A stretch of DNA of 64,000 nucleotides from Nitrospirota bacterium (GCA_040758355.1 JBFLWF010000008.1:1-64000), one strand, 5' to 3'; counted from the first letter of the stretch, positions 18,895 to 31,640 are shown. The notes: generated by a model from the sequence alone, not told the origin. Made by a program: numbers and translations.

Positions 18895-21465
18895 TCACCC
18901 AATTACAATATTCACAAGTTTGCCTTTCACAACAACAACCTTTTTAACCTGTTTTCCGTCAAGCATTTCCTTTATCCTTTGTTCTTTTAGAGCCGTCTGT
19001 TTTGCATCATCATCCGACAATCCAGCAGGGACAAGTATCTTTGCCCTCAGTTTTCCATTCACCTGTACCACAAGCTCTATCTCTTCTTCCTTTGCGAGTT
19101 CCGCATCCCATACAGGCCATGGCTGCTCGAATATGCTGTTTTTCTCGTTCGTAGCCTCCCATAATTCCTCAGTAATATGGGGTGCAAAGGGAGCGAGCAT
19201 GAGCAGTGTGTTTTTAATGGCAATTCCTGCAACTGTCCTGTCTTCATCCGTTTCTGGAGCAAAGGATGATATATCGTTCACCAGTTCCATGAGGGCTGCA
19301 ATGGCTGTATTAAAATGATAGTCTTTCTCAATGTCGTCAGTAACCCTTTTGATAGTCTGGTGAGTCTTTCTCAACAAAGACGAGGCTATAGGCGACAGGC
19401 TATAGGCAATAGGAATCCCTGCCCTTTGCCCCTTGTATTTATAAACTATTCCCCATACCTTATTCAAGAACCTGTAAGCGCCTTCTACTCCCTTGTCAGA
19501 CCATTCGAGGTCCCTCTCCGGGGGTGCAGCGAAAAGGGAGAAGAGCCTTATGGTATCGGCACCGTATTTTTTTATGAGGGCATCAGGGTCTATCACATTC
19601 TTTTTTGATTTGGACATCTTTTCTACCCTGCCCTTTTCGACATTCTTCCCGCAGTGCATGCATTTGCCGTTCTTGACCTCATCAGGGAATAGCCAGTCAT
19701 GCTCAGGGCATTTCCATGTCTCCTTGCAGACCATGCCCTGTGTAAGGAGGTTTTTAAAGGGTTCGCTGCCATTAACTATACCGAGGTCCCTCATGCACAT
19801 TGTAAAAAATCTTGAATACAGGAGATGAAGCACTGCGTGTTCGATGCCGCCTATGTACTGATCAACAGGCATCCAGTAATTAATTGGAGATTTCAAATTT
19901 GAAATTTGAGATTTCAAATCAATACCACCTTTAAGGCAATAGGCAATAAAATACCATGATGAGTCTACGAATGTATCCATGGTATCTGTCTCCCTCCGTG
20001 CATTTCCGCCGCACTTCGGGCAATTGACCTTTAGAAATGCCTCTGACTCCAAAAGGGGTGAGCCTCCCTTTCCTGTGAATTTCACATCTTCAGGCAGAAT
20101 GACAGGAAGGTCTTTATCAGGCACAGGGACAATGCCGCATGTATCGCAATAGATTATGGGAATTGGAGTTCCCCAATATCTCTGCCTCGATATGCCCCAG
20201 TCGCGGAGCTTGTAATTCAAGGTCCTTTTCCCAAGACTGTTTTCCTCAATATATTTGCCGATCTCCCTCTTTGCATCAGCACTTTTCAATCCGCTGAACT
20301 GCCCTGAATTGATAAGGACACCCTCGTCTTCGAAAGCTTCTTTCAGTAGTTCTGCTGACTGCTGACTGCCCACAGGGTCTTGTAGACTGACCACTGACTG
20401 CTCTTTCGGCACTATCACAACCTTTATTGGAAGGCCGTATTTTTTTGCAAACTCAAAGTCCCTCTGGTCATGGGCCGGTACCGACATGATGGCTCCTGTG
20501 CCGTATTCCATAAGAACGAAATTGGCCACATAAACTGGTATCTTTTCATTGGTCAACGGATTGATTGCATAATGTCCTGTAAACAGACCTTCTTTATCTT
20601 CCATTTTGCCGTACTTGGCCTTTACAACTTCAAGTCTATCTTTATCCTTAACCAATTTCTCTGAAAGGGGATGTCCGGGTGCAAGACACATATAGGTGAT
20701 GCCGAAAATGGTATCGGGTCTTGTTGTATATATCCTCAGTTTTTCATCGCTTCCATCTATTGGGAAATCGACCTCAACGCCCTCACTCTTTCCGATCCAG
20801 TTTTTCTGCATGGTTACAACGCGCTCGGGCCATCCTTTTAACTCATCACACCCCTGAAGGAGTTCTTCTGCATAGTGGGTAATCCTGAAAAACCACTGCT
20901 CAAGCTCCTTCTGGATGACTGTGCTGTCGCACCTCCAGCATTTGCCGTCAATTACCTGCTCATTTGCAAGAACAGTTACGCACGATGGACACCAGTTCAC
21001 AAAGGATGCCCTTTTATAGGCAAGTCCCTTTTCATAAAGTCTCAGGAAAAACCACTGGTTCCATTTGTAATACTCAGGACTGCATGTGGCTACTTCCCTT
21101 TCCCAGTCGTAGCTTAATCCCATGCGGTCAAGCTGCTTCTTCATGTAATCTATATTCTCATATGTCCATTTTGCAGGATGAACATCGTGTTTTATGGCTG
21201 CATTCTCTGCAGGAAGGCCGAAGGCATCCCAACCCATGGGATGCAGGACATTAAACCCCCGCATTCTCTTATATCTCGCAATAACATCACCGATTGCATA
21301 ATTCCTCACATGGCCCATATGGATTTTGCCAGAAGGATAGGGAAACATCTCGAGGCAGTAAAACTTCTCCTTCGACGTGTCGGCATCTGTCTTGTGGAGT
21401 TTTCTTTCAGCCCAGTATTTCTGCCACTTCAGCTCTATTTCGTTGAAGTCGTATCGCTCTTTCAT
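18895..21465 (-). CDS. leuS: Leucine--tRNA ligase
   Basis: MFPYPSG, HMGH and KMSKS motifs. Confidence 0.98.
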   Translation of the reverse strand: MKERYDFNEIELKWQKYWAERKLHKTDADTSKEKFYCLEMFPYPSGKIHMGHVRNYAIGDVIARYKRMRGFNVLHPMGWDAFGLPAENAAIKHDVHPAKWTYENIDYMKKQLDRMGLSYDWEREVATCSPEYYKWNQWFFLRLYEKGLAYKRASFVNWCPSCVTVLANEQVIDGKCWRCDSTVIQKELEQWFFRITHYAEELLQGCDELKGWPERVVTMQKNWIGKSEGVEVDFPIDGSDEKLRIYTTRPDTIFGITYMCLAPGHPLSEKLVKDKDRLEVVKAKYGKMEDKEGLFTGHYAINPLTNEKIPVYVANFVLMEYGTGAIMSVPAHDQRDFEFAKKYGLPIKVVIVPKEQSVVSLQDPVGSQQSAELLKEAFEDEGVLINSGQFSGLKSADAKREIGKYIEENSLGKRTLNYKLRDWGISRQRYWGTPIPIIYCDTCGIVPVPDKDLPVILPEDVKFTGKGGSPLLESEAFLKVNCPKCGGNARRETDTMDTFVDSSWYFIAYCLKGGIDLKSQISNLKSPINYWMPVDQYIGGIEHAVLHLLYSRFFTMCMRDLGIVNGSEPFKNLLTQGMVCKETWKCPEHDWLFPDEVKNGKCMHCGKNVEKGRVEKMSKSKKNVIDPDALIKKYGADTIRLFSLFAAPPERDLEWSDKGVEGAYRFLNKVWGIVYKYKGQRAGIPIAYSLSPIASSLLRKTHQTIKRVTDDIEKDYHFNTAIAALMELVNDISSFAPETDEDRTVAGIAIKNTLLMLAPFAPHITEELWEATNEKNSIFEQPWPVWDAELAKEEEIELVVQVNGKLRAKILVPAGLSDDDAKQTALKEQRIKEMLDGKQVKKVVVVKGKLVNIVIG
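19381..19436. repeat. In-frame CCTATWG-type heptamer array in leuS
   Basis: Sense AAGGGGC AAAGGGC...CCTATTG CCTATAG CCTGTCG CCTATAG; peptide [18 protein letters not shown]. Confidence 0.7.
19884..19919. repeat. In-frame TTTSAAA heptamer array in leuS
   Basis: Sense TTTGAAA TCTCAAA TTTCAAA TTTGAAA TCTCCAA; peptide [11 protein letters not shown]. Confidence 0.8.
20352..20401. repeat. In-frame CAGTCAG heptamer arrays in leuS
   Basis: Sense CAGTCAG TGGTCAG...CAGTCAG CAGTCAG CAG; peptide [16 protein letters not shown]. Confidence 0.75.
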
Positions 21466-21473
21466 TATTCCTC

Positions 21474-22196
21474 TTAAAACTTGATCCCGATGTCAGGGAA
21501 GAGTGCTGAAAGCTGTCCCATTTTATTTGTCAGAAGCATGATACCAAAGGCGATCAAAATGAGACCGCTGATGATCATAATCGCCCTCATGAATTTGTGT
21601 ATCTTTCTGGTATAAGTAAAAAACACATTTATGGCAAGGGTTGCCAGTATGAACGGTATTGCAAGTCCGAGGGAATATACAGCAAGGAGTTTCAAGCCAT
21701 AGGTTGCAGATGCCTGCGAGCTTGCATAAATCAGGATGGTTCCGAGGATCGGGCCTATGCAGGGGGTCCAGCCTGCTGCAAAGCTCATCCCTATAAAGAA
21801 TGCTCCGAGATAACCTGCAGGGCCTTTATTGATGTGGAACCTCTTTTCCTTCATGAGGAAATCGAACTTTATAAAGCCTGCTATAAAGAAACCGAATATT
21901 ATTGTGAGGATTCCGCCGCCGATCCTCAGATAATCCTGGTATTTAAGAAGGAGATTGCCGAGCAAAGACGAAGAAGCGCCCAGAGAAACAAAGATCGTCG
22001 AAAAACCGAGGATGAATGCGATTGTATTCGGCATTGTTTTGACAACTATTTTTGATATGCGTGGAGAGTGTCTTAGTTCATCCAGAGACACTCCTGTTAT
22101 AAATGATACATAAGCAGGAACAAGGGGTAAGACACAAGGCGAAAGAAATGACAATACCCCTGCTAAAAATGCCAGTGTAAAAGAAACGTCTTTCAT
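21474..22196 (-). CDS. ccdA: Cytochrome c biogenesis protein CcdA
   Basis: [10 protein letters not shown] and WTPCIGPIL motifs. Confidence 0.92.
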   Translation of the reverse strand: MKDVSFTLAFLAGVLSFLSPCVLPLVPAYVSFITGVSLDELRHSPRISKIVVKTMPNTIAFILGFSTIFVSLGASSSLLGNLLLKYQDYLRIGGGILTIIFGFFIAGFIKFDFLMKEKRFHINKGPAGYLGAFFIGMSFAAGWTPCIGPILGTILIYASSQASATYGLKLLAVYSLGLAIPFILATLAINVFFTYTRKIHKFMRAIMIISGLILIAFGIMLLTNKMGQLSALFPDIGIKF

Positions 22197-22212
22197 CGGC
22201 TACACTCCATAT

Positions 22213-22692
22213 TTATCTTGCACATTCTTTTGTATCTCCTTTAATTTTCTCGATTGCGTGCGGAATAACATCTATAATCACTTCTAAATTCTCTCTAACC
22301 GCAGTCGGGCTGCCCGGAAGATTTATTATTAGGGTCTGCCCCTTCACACCTGCAACAGCCCTTGAGAGCATTGCCCTGTTTGTCTTTTTTAAACTCTCCA
22401 TCCTCATCGTTTCTGCTATGCCGGGAATCTCCCTTTCAATGACATCAATGGTTGCCTCTGGGGTAACATCCCTTGGAGAAAGCCCTGTTCCGCCTGTGGT
22501 AAGGATAAGATCAACCTTATTAACATATTCCAAGAGTCTCTGCTTTATCAAATCCCTTTCGTCAGGCAGTATATCGTAATATTTAACCTCACCAAATCCT
22601 TTAAGCATCTTGGCAATAGCAGGCCCGCTTTTATCTTCCCTCTCTCCCTTTGCGCCCTTGTCGCTCAATGTAAGAACCGCAATGGTTATCAT
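22213..22692 (-). CDS. mog: Molybdopterin adenylyltransferase (MogA/MoaB family)
   Basis: TTGGTGLSPRDVTPEAT and NLPGSP motifs. Confidence 0.92.
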   Translation of the reverse strand: MITIAVLTLSDKGAKGEREDKSGPAIAKMLKGFGEVKYYDILPDERDLIKQRLLEYVNKVDLILTTGGTGLSPRDVTPEATIDVIEREIPGIAETMRMESLKKTNRAMLSRAVAGVKGQTLIINLPGSPTAVRENLEVIIDVIPHAIEKIKGDTKECAR

Positions 22693-23138
22693 AAGACTTC
22701 TATATTGTCGCCGACCTTAATATTGCCGCCTTTTAAAATCTTAATAAAAATGCCCTCCTTCGGCATAACACAATCCCCTGCCTGATAATATATTGCGCAT
22801 CTTGCATGGCATTCCTTGCCGATCTGGCTAACTTCACCGACAACCTCGCTGCCGATATTCACTCTTGTGCCGATGGGAAGTGAAAGGAGGTCAATACCCT
22901 CTGTGGTTATATTCTCTGCGAAATCTCCTGGCTTTACATCGAGCCCCATCGCCTGCATCTTCTTTATGCTTTCCAGTGCAAGTAAACTCACCTGCCTGTG
23001 CCACGTGGACGAGGCGTGGGCATCCCCTTCTATACCGGAATTTTCGTTTATAACTGCCTCGTCAACAGGCTTCTTTCTGATACCTTTTTTTTCGCTGATG
23101 TTTATCGAAACGATTTTGCCTGTCATTGAATCCTCCAA
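22689..23138 (-). CDS. MOSC domain protein
   Basis: GIEGDAH, RQVSLL, PGDFAEN and GKECH...C motifs. Confidence 0.88.
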   Translation of the reverse strand: MEDSMTGKIVSINISEKKGIRKKPVDEAVINENSGIEGDAHASSTWHRQVSLLALESIKKMQAMGLDVKPGDFAENITTEGIDLLSLPIGTRVNIGSEVVGEVSQIGKECHARCAIYYQAGDCVMPKEGIFIKILKGGNIKVGDNIEVL

Positions 23139-23198
23139 AATCTTTATTTCCTAAAATAACACAAACAGTTAGTGTAAGTCAGCAGTTTGCCCTCTATA

Positions 23199-24539
23199 TC
23201 AAGAACAATGTAATGGCCAGAGTGGCCTTTTGAGGGACTTTGGTGATAGTGTCTCGCGAGGTATGGGGAATATCTCGTTAAAGGACTCTCGATTCTTGAG
23301 ATCCCTAAGGACTTCCCGCGCTTCATGGTAATTCGACACCTCTTTGATGTTTTTCATTCCAAGGGCCTTTGCATCTACACTGAGCACGGTCTCATTTTCT
23401 TTTACCGCAATAACAGGAATGCCTCTCTGGATCGCTGTTAGTGCAGGAACCCCTCCCAGACACCCTGCGGGAAGTATTACAGCGCATACATCGGAGGCTG
23501 TCATATCAGCCTCATGGACTGGACAGGGAAGGGGAGCGCGGTGGAGTCCTCCAAGTACCGATCCGAGAAATCCATGGGGCGCAACGCACTCTGCTGCTGC
23601 ACGGGGATCCACTATGTCCCGCTTTAAGAGTTCCTGTGCCTCCTCGTTGGCCAACATGGGAGCATGTGCTGCAGGAATGCCCCGGAGATGTCCTATGCTG
23701 TGGGAGATGATAGCCTCGGTCCCGCCATAAGGGTCAGGGGCATTCCCGCTATGAAACAGGTCCATGATACCGGGTGGAATTTTAATATGAGTTGCAACTG
23801 CAATGGTACGCGCACCATCTCCAATAAGCTCATCGGTTGCATTGAATAATACTTCAGGATTGCTCACCTCGCCCACGAGGATTCCGCTCTCGCTGAGGTA
23901 TGATTTTCCTCCCACAGGCATTTTCGTCCTCACCACTCCCACCACCTCCACCCCGCGCACTGCATTGTATGCTTCAATGGTACGGAGCATTCCCTTTTCA
24001 GCATCGCTGCCAGCTCCAGGGGTATCGAGTATAACCCCTATCGGATTCCTATCGACAATGCGCAGGCCGATTCTCCCTTTCAGAAACTCATCAAGCCAGA
24101 ACCCTTCAATGTAGAGCGAGTTATCCGGCATGAAGTTGAGGAAACCAGCATTCACTACATTGGGATGGGTGATCACCAATGCACACTCTTGCGAGACCTC
24201 TCTCAGGGCCGGCGTCGCGTCTCCAATATAGCCGCCGATGGATGCCCTCACCCCTGTAGGGACAACGAATACAGCGATAAATGGTCGTTGAGGTTTTTCA
24301 TGCACGATAGATGGAGGAGATGGGCGAAGATCTCCTCTCATATTGCCATTTCCACCTTTAAGGATCGTTGCTTCAATAATGTATCCGTATGCCGTCCTAT
24401 TTACAATGGCAAATCTAAGTGCTGTTTCATCGGGCTTCAATGTCGTCCTGAAGAACTCATCGACCCTTTCAAGAAGCAGTTCCGGAGGGATGAGCTTTTG
24501 GGATGGCATCTCGTAGTGATCGGTGAAGATCCTAAACAA
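23199..24539 (-). CDS. DUF3326-like protein
   Basis: VPTGVRASIGGYIGDA, ITHPNVVN, DPYGGTEAIISH, AHAP and DPRAAAE motifs; TTG start overlapping the mnmA stop. Confidence 0.7.
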   Translation of the reverse strand: MFRIFTDHYEMPSQKLIPPELLLERVDEFFRTTLKPDETALRFAIVNRTAYGYIIEATILKGGNGNMRGDLRPSPPSIVHEKPQRPFIAVFVVPTGVRASIGGYIGDATPALREVSQECALVITHPNVVNAGFLNFMPDNSLYIEGFWLDEFLKGRIGLRIVDRNPIGVILDTPGAGSDAEKGMLRTIEAYNAVRGVEVVGVVRTKMPVGGKSYLSESGILVGEVSNPEVLFNATDELIGDGARTIAVATHIKIPPGIMDLFHSGNAPDPYGGTEAIISHSIGHLRGIPAAHAPMLANEEAQELLKRDIVDPRAAAECVAPHGFLGSVLGGLHRAPLPCPVHEADMTASDVCAVILPAGCLGGVPALTAIQRGIPVIAVKENETVLSVDAKALGMKNIKEVSNYHEAREVLRDLKNRESFNEIFPIPRETLSPKSLKRPLWPLHCS

Positions 24540-25620
24540 TCACCCCTCCACCTATAACCGTGTCTTCATCGTAAAAAACCGCACTCTGACCAGGAGCCGG
24601 CGCCCACTGGGGTTCATCATAAATAACCTTTGCCATATTATCATCAAGAATTGAAATAGTTGCAGGCTCATCCTTCATCATGGAGCGCACTTTAACAGTA
24701 GCCCTAAAATGCTCCAGTCCCTCTTGCGTGCTAAGCCAATTAACATCTTCCACTACAAACTCCTTCATCATTGCTGCTTCACGCGGCCCCACGTATATAG
24801 CATTTTTTGAAGGGTCTATTTTCGTCACAAACAATGGCTTGCCTGTTGCAATACCAAGCCTTTTCCTCTGCCCAATGGTATACAGATGTAATCCCTTGTG
24901 GCTGCCGAGGATATTGCCTGTCTCCACATTAATGATCGGGCCTTCTTTAGACTCTGTCAGATGTTCTAAAAACTTGAAATAATTCCTGTCCTCTATGAAG
25001 CATATCTCCTGACTTTCAGGCCTCTTTGCAGCAGGGAGATTAAGCATCCTCGCTATCTCCCGCACCTCATCCTTTCTCTTTTCTCCAAGTGGCAGTTTAA
25101 GGCGACTAAGTTCTTCCTGCCTCAAAACATAAAGTACATAAGACTGGTCTTTTTTAGCATCTACACCCTTTTTAAGAAAAATCTTTTCTTCATCTGACTG
25201 CTGACTGCTGACTGCCGACTGCCGACTTTTTTCTACCCTCGCATAATGTCCTGTTGCTATAAAATCAGCACCCTTCTCATCAGCTATTTTCAAGAGATAT
25301 GGGAACTTTATGTATTTGTTGCAGAGGATGCATGGATTGGGAGTGATCCCCTGCGAATACGCTTCGATAAACGGTTCTATGACCTTCTGGATAAACTCAT
25401 TCCGCAGATCCACTGCCGCATGTGTTACTCCCATATGTTCAGCAGTCCGTCTTGCATCATTGATGGCCTCGATGGAGCAGCACCCGGTAAAGGTATTTTT
25501 CAGCCGGGCCTCGTACAGGATAAAGCTTATTCCTTCGACACTGTATCCCTGTTCCTTTAAAAGATAGGCGGTGACCGAGGAATCAACGCCTCCGCTCATT
25601 CCCACTATTACCTTTTTCAT
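24532..25620 (-). CDS. mnmA: tRNA-specific 2-thiouridylase
   Basis: MSGGVDS, TPNPCILCN, ATGHYAR, KDQSY and ESQEICF motifs. Confidence 0.97.
   Translation of the reverse strand: MKKVIVGMSGGVDSSVTAYLLKEQGYSVEGISFILYEARLKNTFTGCCSIEAINDARRTAEHMGVTHAAVDLRNEFIQKVIEPFIEAYSQGITPNPCILCNKYIKFPYLLKIADEKGADFIATGHYARVEKSRQSAVSSQQSDEEKIFLKKGVDAKKDQSYVLYVLRQEELSRLKLPLGEKRKDEVREIARMLNLPAAKRPESQEICFIEDRNYFKFLEHLTESKEGPIINVETGNILGSHKGLHLYTIGQRKRLGIATGKPLFVTKIDPSKNAIYVGPREAAMMKEFVVEDVNWLSTQEGLEHFRATVKVRSMMKDEPATISILDDNMAKVIYDEPQWAPAPGQSAVFYDEDTVIGGGVIV
25194..25228. repeat. In-frame CAGTCRG x5 array in mnmA
   Basis: Plus strand CTGACTG x3, CCGACTG, CCGACTT; peptide SRQSAVSSQQS. Confidence 0.9.
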
Positions 25621-25702
25621 AACCTTAGGATATAGCTTTTTGCTTTTGTTTTTCAAATATGTTACAGTGATAAAATCTTTAAATTTAAAAAGGAGAATCG
25701 GA

Positions 25703-26590
25703 ATGAAGAGATTTTTATTGGTGCCCATTACCCTTATTATTGCCCTCGTTTTTGTTGCTTCATGTGCAAAGGAAAGCGGACAGAAAGGCGGCTATGTGCT
25801 GAAAATAGACGGCAATGTGTATACTCAGGAGGATGTGCAGGCAGAGATGAATACTCTTCCTGAAATGGCTAAGGAATTCTTCCAGGGGCCTGAAGGCACT
25901 GCAAGATTTGTGGACGAACTGGTTAAGAAGGAGCTGCTTTATATAGAGGCAAAGAACAAGGGATTGGACAAAAACAAGGATTTCCAGAAAAAGGTGGAGG
26001 AGTTCAAAAAGATAACCCTCATTAACCAGATACTCGAAAAGGAGATAGAATCAGCAGCAAAGGTTACGGACAAGGATATAAAGGATTACTATGACAAACA
26101 CAAGGAAGACTTTATGGTGAACACACAGGTTAGGTTGAGCCATATAGTGGTAAAAGCAGACGATGATGCTAAAAAGGTTTATGAGAGGCTCAAAAAGGGA
26201 GAGGACTTTGCAAAGGTTGCTTCCGAGGTGTCTCTTGACAAGGCGTCTGCAAAGGCAGGAGGAGACATCGGGAATTTCAAAAGGGGCGAGATGAAGCCGG
26301 AGCTGGAAGATGTTGCCTTCAGATTGAAAAAAGGCGAGGTAAGCATGCCCATAAGACTTAAAGACGGCATACATATAATCAAGGTGACAGATGCAAAGGG
26401 TTCTATGCTGGAATTTGACAAGGTAAAGGGGCTTATCGGCCAGAGGATGGCTGCTGAAAAGCAAAGGGAAAGCTTTGATAAATTCATCGAGAATCTAAAG
26501 AAGAAGCATAAGATTGACATAAACAAGGATGCACTGGCAAAGATAACATTCGCGCCAACGCCGGCACCAGCAGCACCTGCACACAAATAA
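25703..26590 (+). CDS. Parvulin-type PPIase lipoprotein (PrsA/PpiC-like)
   Basis: Lipobox VASC; HIVV, GEDFAKVA, GGDIG and GIHIIK motifs. Confidence 0.9.
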   Translation: MKRFLLVPITLIIALVFVASCAKESGQKGGYVLKIDGNVYTQEDVQAEMNTLPEMAKEFFQGPEGTARFVDELVKKELLYIEAKNKGLDKNKDFQKKVEEFKKITLINQILEKEIESAAKVTDKDIKDYYDKHKEDFMVNTQVRLSHIVVKADDDAKKVYERLKKGEDFAKVASEVSLDKASAKAGGDIGNFKRGEMKPELEDVAFRLKKGEVSMPIRLKDGIHIIKVTDAKGSMLEFDKVKGLIGQRMAAEKQRESFDKFIENLKKKHKIDINKDALAKITFAPTPAPAAPAHK

Positions 26591-26597
26591 AATAATT

Positions 26598-26628
26598 AAG
26601 TAAGGGCTTGGCAAACAAGCCCTTACTT
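26598..26628. terminator. Hairpin between the convergent PPIase and mnmE genes
   Basis: AAGTAAGGGCTTG-gcaaa-CAAGCCCTTACTT. Confidence 0.7.
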
Positions 26629-28062
26629 TCCTATGCAAAACTCGCTGAATATCTTATTTAAGATATCTTCTGTAGTAACCTCACCTATGATCTCTCCGAG
26701 GCTGTCGAGGGATTCCCTTAGAAAAAGTGCTACAACCTCAAGGGGCTCGTTTCTTTTTAATGCATCTTCTGCATCCTTTAGGGATTTCAATGCCCTGTCT
26801 ATGGATTGCCTGTGTCTGAGGTTTGTTATGATTATATCTTCAGCATCCGAAGCCTTGCCTGCTGTTATGCAGAGGGAATAAATGGCATCCTTTAAATCAT
26901 CGATACCGTCACCTTTTAAAGCAGAAACTTTTACTATTGGAAAATTAGGGACACATCCCATATTTGCATTCACCTTTCGACATATGCTTTCAGAAATATG
27001 GGATGTGTCCCTAATTTTCAGTAGGGCTGGACTCTCTATATCGGATTTATTAATTACAATCACTGCCCTTTTATCCTTCACCTTATCGATTACCTCTTTA
27101 TCCGCTTCGTCAAATGGCCTGCCGGCATCGAGCACTGCCAGCACAATATCCGCACCCTCGATAGCCTTAAGGCTCCTCCTTACGCCCTCAATCTCTGCAA
27201 GATCATGGGTCTCCCTTATTCCTGCAGTATCCATTATCCTTAACGGCAGACCGTTGATGTTCAGGTAATCCTCTATTACATCCCGTGTTGTTCCAGGCAT
27301 TTCCGTAACTATTGCCCTGTCTTTTTGCAGAAGGCTATTTAGAAGGGAAGACTTCCCCACATTGGGCTTGCCGACAATGGCAGTGGAAACCCCTTCCCTA
27401 AAAAATCTCCCTTCATCATATCTCTTTGAGATGCTTAGCAGTTCGCTTCCTATGGACTGCATCGAGTCCAACAGGTCTCCTTTTTCGATGACCTCGATCT
27501 CGTCCTCTGGAAAATCTATATACGCCTCTATGTGCATGCAGAGTTCCGTGACTTTATCCCTCATATCAGTTATCTTTGCGGAAAGCCTTCCCTCAAGCTG
27601 CCGGAGCGCAAGCCTTTCTGCCTGTTCTGTCTTTGCCCTGATAACATCTATAACAGCCTCTGCCTGTGAGAGGTCTATCCTGCCGTTTAAAAAAGCCCTC
27701 TTTGTAAACTCGCCCGGCTCTGCAAGCCTCGCGCCTTCTCTTAAGAGGAGCTGAAGGGTTGCGCGCAATGGAAGCATGCCGCCGTGGCAATTGATTTCCA
27801 CGACATCCTCCCTTGTATATGTCTTTGGAGCTTTCATAATCATGGCAATGACTTCGTCTATCCTCTCGTTTTTGGCAGGATCAATTACAAATCCATAAAC
27901 AACAGTGTGGGATTTTGCATCCCTGAGTTTCCTGTCTTTTGGAGAAAAAAATACTTTGTCGGCGATAGGGATTGCATCCTTGCCGCTCAGGCGCACAATG
28001 CCTATGCCGCCTTCGCCTATGGGGGTTGATATTGCAACTATTGTGTCTTCGAGATGGTTCAT
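26623..28062 (-). CDS. mnmE: tRNA modification GTPase
   Basis: GEFTKRAFLNG, GKPNVGKSS, GTTRD, DTAG, NKSD and FCIGK motifs. Confidence 0.98.
   Translation of the reverse strand: MNHLEDTIVAISTPIGEGGIGIVRLSGKDAIPIADKVFFSPKDRKLRDAKSHTVVYGFVIDPAKNERIDEVIAMIMKAPKTYTREDVVEINCHGGMLPLRATLQLLLREGARLAEPGEFTKRAFLNGRIDLSQAEAVIDVIRAKTEQAERLALRQLEGRLSAKITDMRDKVTELCMHIEAYIDFPEDEIEVIEKGDLLDSMQSIGSELLSISKRYDEGRFFREGVSTAIVGKPNVGKSSLLNSLLQKDRAIVTEMPGTTRDVIEDYLNINGLPLRIMDTAGIRETHDLAEIEGVRRSLKAIEGADIVLAVLDAGRPFDEADKEVIDKVKDKRAVIVINKSDIESPALLKIRDTSHISESICRKVNANMGCVPNFPIVKVSALKGDGIDDLKDAIYSLCITAGKASDAEDIIITNLRHRQSIDRALKSLKDAEDALKRNEPLEVVALFLRESLDSLGEIIGEVTTEDILNKIFSEFCIGK
26940..27019. repeat. 80-bp palindromic element in-frame inside mnmE
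   Basis: Perfect 26-bp inverted repeat GAAAATTAGGGACACATCCCATATTT (26940-65 / 26994-27019). Confidence 0.9.
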
Positions 28063-28070
28063 ATAAGGGA

Positions 28071-28157
<87 letters not shown>

Positions 28158-28185
28158 TGTCAAATAGTATAACACAAAAAACCGC

Positions 28186-30149
<1,964 letters not shown>

Positions 30150-31640
30150 TTATTCTATCGGCAGATAGATTGTAAATGTAGAGCCCTTATCAGGAATGCT
30201 TTCTGCTATAACATATCCATGGTGGGCCTTTATAATTGAATATACCGTTGCAAGTCCCAATCCGGTGCCTTTGTCAACAGGCTTTGTCGTGAAGAACGGC
30301 TCGAAGATATGGCTTAGAGTAGCCTCATCCATGCCTGTCCCTGTATCTGATATCTGTATTGCAACGTATTTTCCGGCTTTGAGATAATGGTATTTAGAAT
30401 TCCCGTTAACAATATCGGTGACAAATGTTTTCATAGTCAGTTTTCCACCATCGGGCATGGCATCCTTGCTGTTTATGGCTATGTTTAAAAGTGCCTGCTC
30501 AAGCTGCATGATGTCGCCTTTAATTGCAGGCAGGCCGTCATTCATTTTCGCTGTAATCTCTATGCTCTTTGGGAACGTACCAGAAAGGAGTCTCTGGAGT
30601 TCTGTTATTAATTTATTGATGTCGATAGGCATGACAGACTCTTTTTCCAGCATCCTCTTTCTTGACAGGCCTGCCAGATCCCTCGCAAGCCCGCTTGCCT
30701 TCTGGGCAGATGACTCGATGGTTCCTGTGTATTTCAATAGTTCGTCTATGTCTTCTCCTTGTAATGCCTGTTTTTCCCTTTTGGCATCTTCAAGCTTCAT
30801 GCTGATAAGGGACGCATATCCAAGCACACCCACAAGCATATTGTTAAAATTATGGGCAACGCCGCTTGCGAGGACCCTTATGCCCTTCAGTTTCTGTTCT
30901 TCTATGACCTGTTTCATCAGCCTCTGTCTTTCTATCATCATTTCACCGATGCTGTTACTCAGGAATTCGAACTCATAGATGCCTTTGTATTCAGGCTGAT
31001 CGCCTGCTTTAAGGGAGGATATGATCCTGTTGACGGGATACTTGATTGACCTGTGCAAGTAATAGAGAATCAATAAGGTTGCTATTGAGAGCATGACTCC
31101 GGTGGCTACATATGCAAGCCTTACCTTGTTGATCAGTGTGGAGTATCTGGCTGCATCCTGTATTAATAATATACGCCAGTCCCACGGCTCGAAATGCATC
31201 TGATAAATGTAATATTTAGTGCCATCGTGTTCCACAACAGAGACCATGTTATCCCTTGCATTTTTTCTGATGGCCTTTGAAAGTTCGGGCAAAAGGCAGC
31301 ATGTGAGCAATTCATTGCCTTTCTCGACGATAATGCCTTTGGATTTGTTCTGCTGCAGAAAGTCCTCTATAATACCGATGGTTAATCCCTTTTTAATCCT
31401 TACGGTTTTTTCATCGCCTGCAAGCCCTGTTTTTAAAAGCTCATTCAGGTTTCTGTCGCAGGCATTGTATATCTCCCTCGAAATTCCCGTAAGGGAGCCC
31501 TTAATATGCTGGTCTGTAAAATCCGAAACATAACGGAGGACGAACATATAAAGCACGAAACCCGCCAGCAATATTAACGAGATTGCAGGTGCAATAATCC
31601 TGAATGTGAGGCTTTGCGTTATGTGCTTAAGGTCTTTCAT
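30150..31640 (-). CDS. Membrane sensor histidine kinase
   Basis: Two TM segments; AHNFNN, N-box, DTGTG, FFTTK and GTGLGL motifs. Confidence 0.92.
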   Translation of the reverse strand: MKDLKHITQSLTFRIIAPAISLILLAGFVLYMFVLRYVSDFTDQHIKGSLTGISREIYNACDRNLNELLKTGLAGDEKTVRIKKGLTIGIIEDFLQQNKSKGIIVEKGNELLTCCLLPELSKAIRKNARDNMVSVVEHDGTKYYIYQMHFEPWDWRILLIQDAARYSTLINKVRLAYVATGVMLSIATLLILYYLHRSIKYPVNRIISSLKAGDQPEYKGIYEFEFLSNSIGEMMIERQRLMKQVIEEQKLKGIRVLASGVAHNFNNMLVGVLGYASLISMKLEDAKREKQALQGEDIDELLKYTGTIESSAQKASGLARDLAGLSRKRMLEKESVMPIDINKLITELQRLLSGTFPKSIEITAKMNDGLPAIKGDIMQLEQALLNIAINSKDAMPDGGKLTMKTFVTDIVNGNSKYHYLKAGKYVAIQISDTGTGMDEATLSHIFEPFFTTKPVDKGTGLGLATVYSIIKAHHGYVIAESIPDKGSTFTIYLPIE

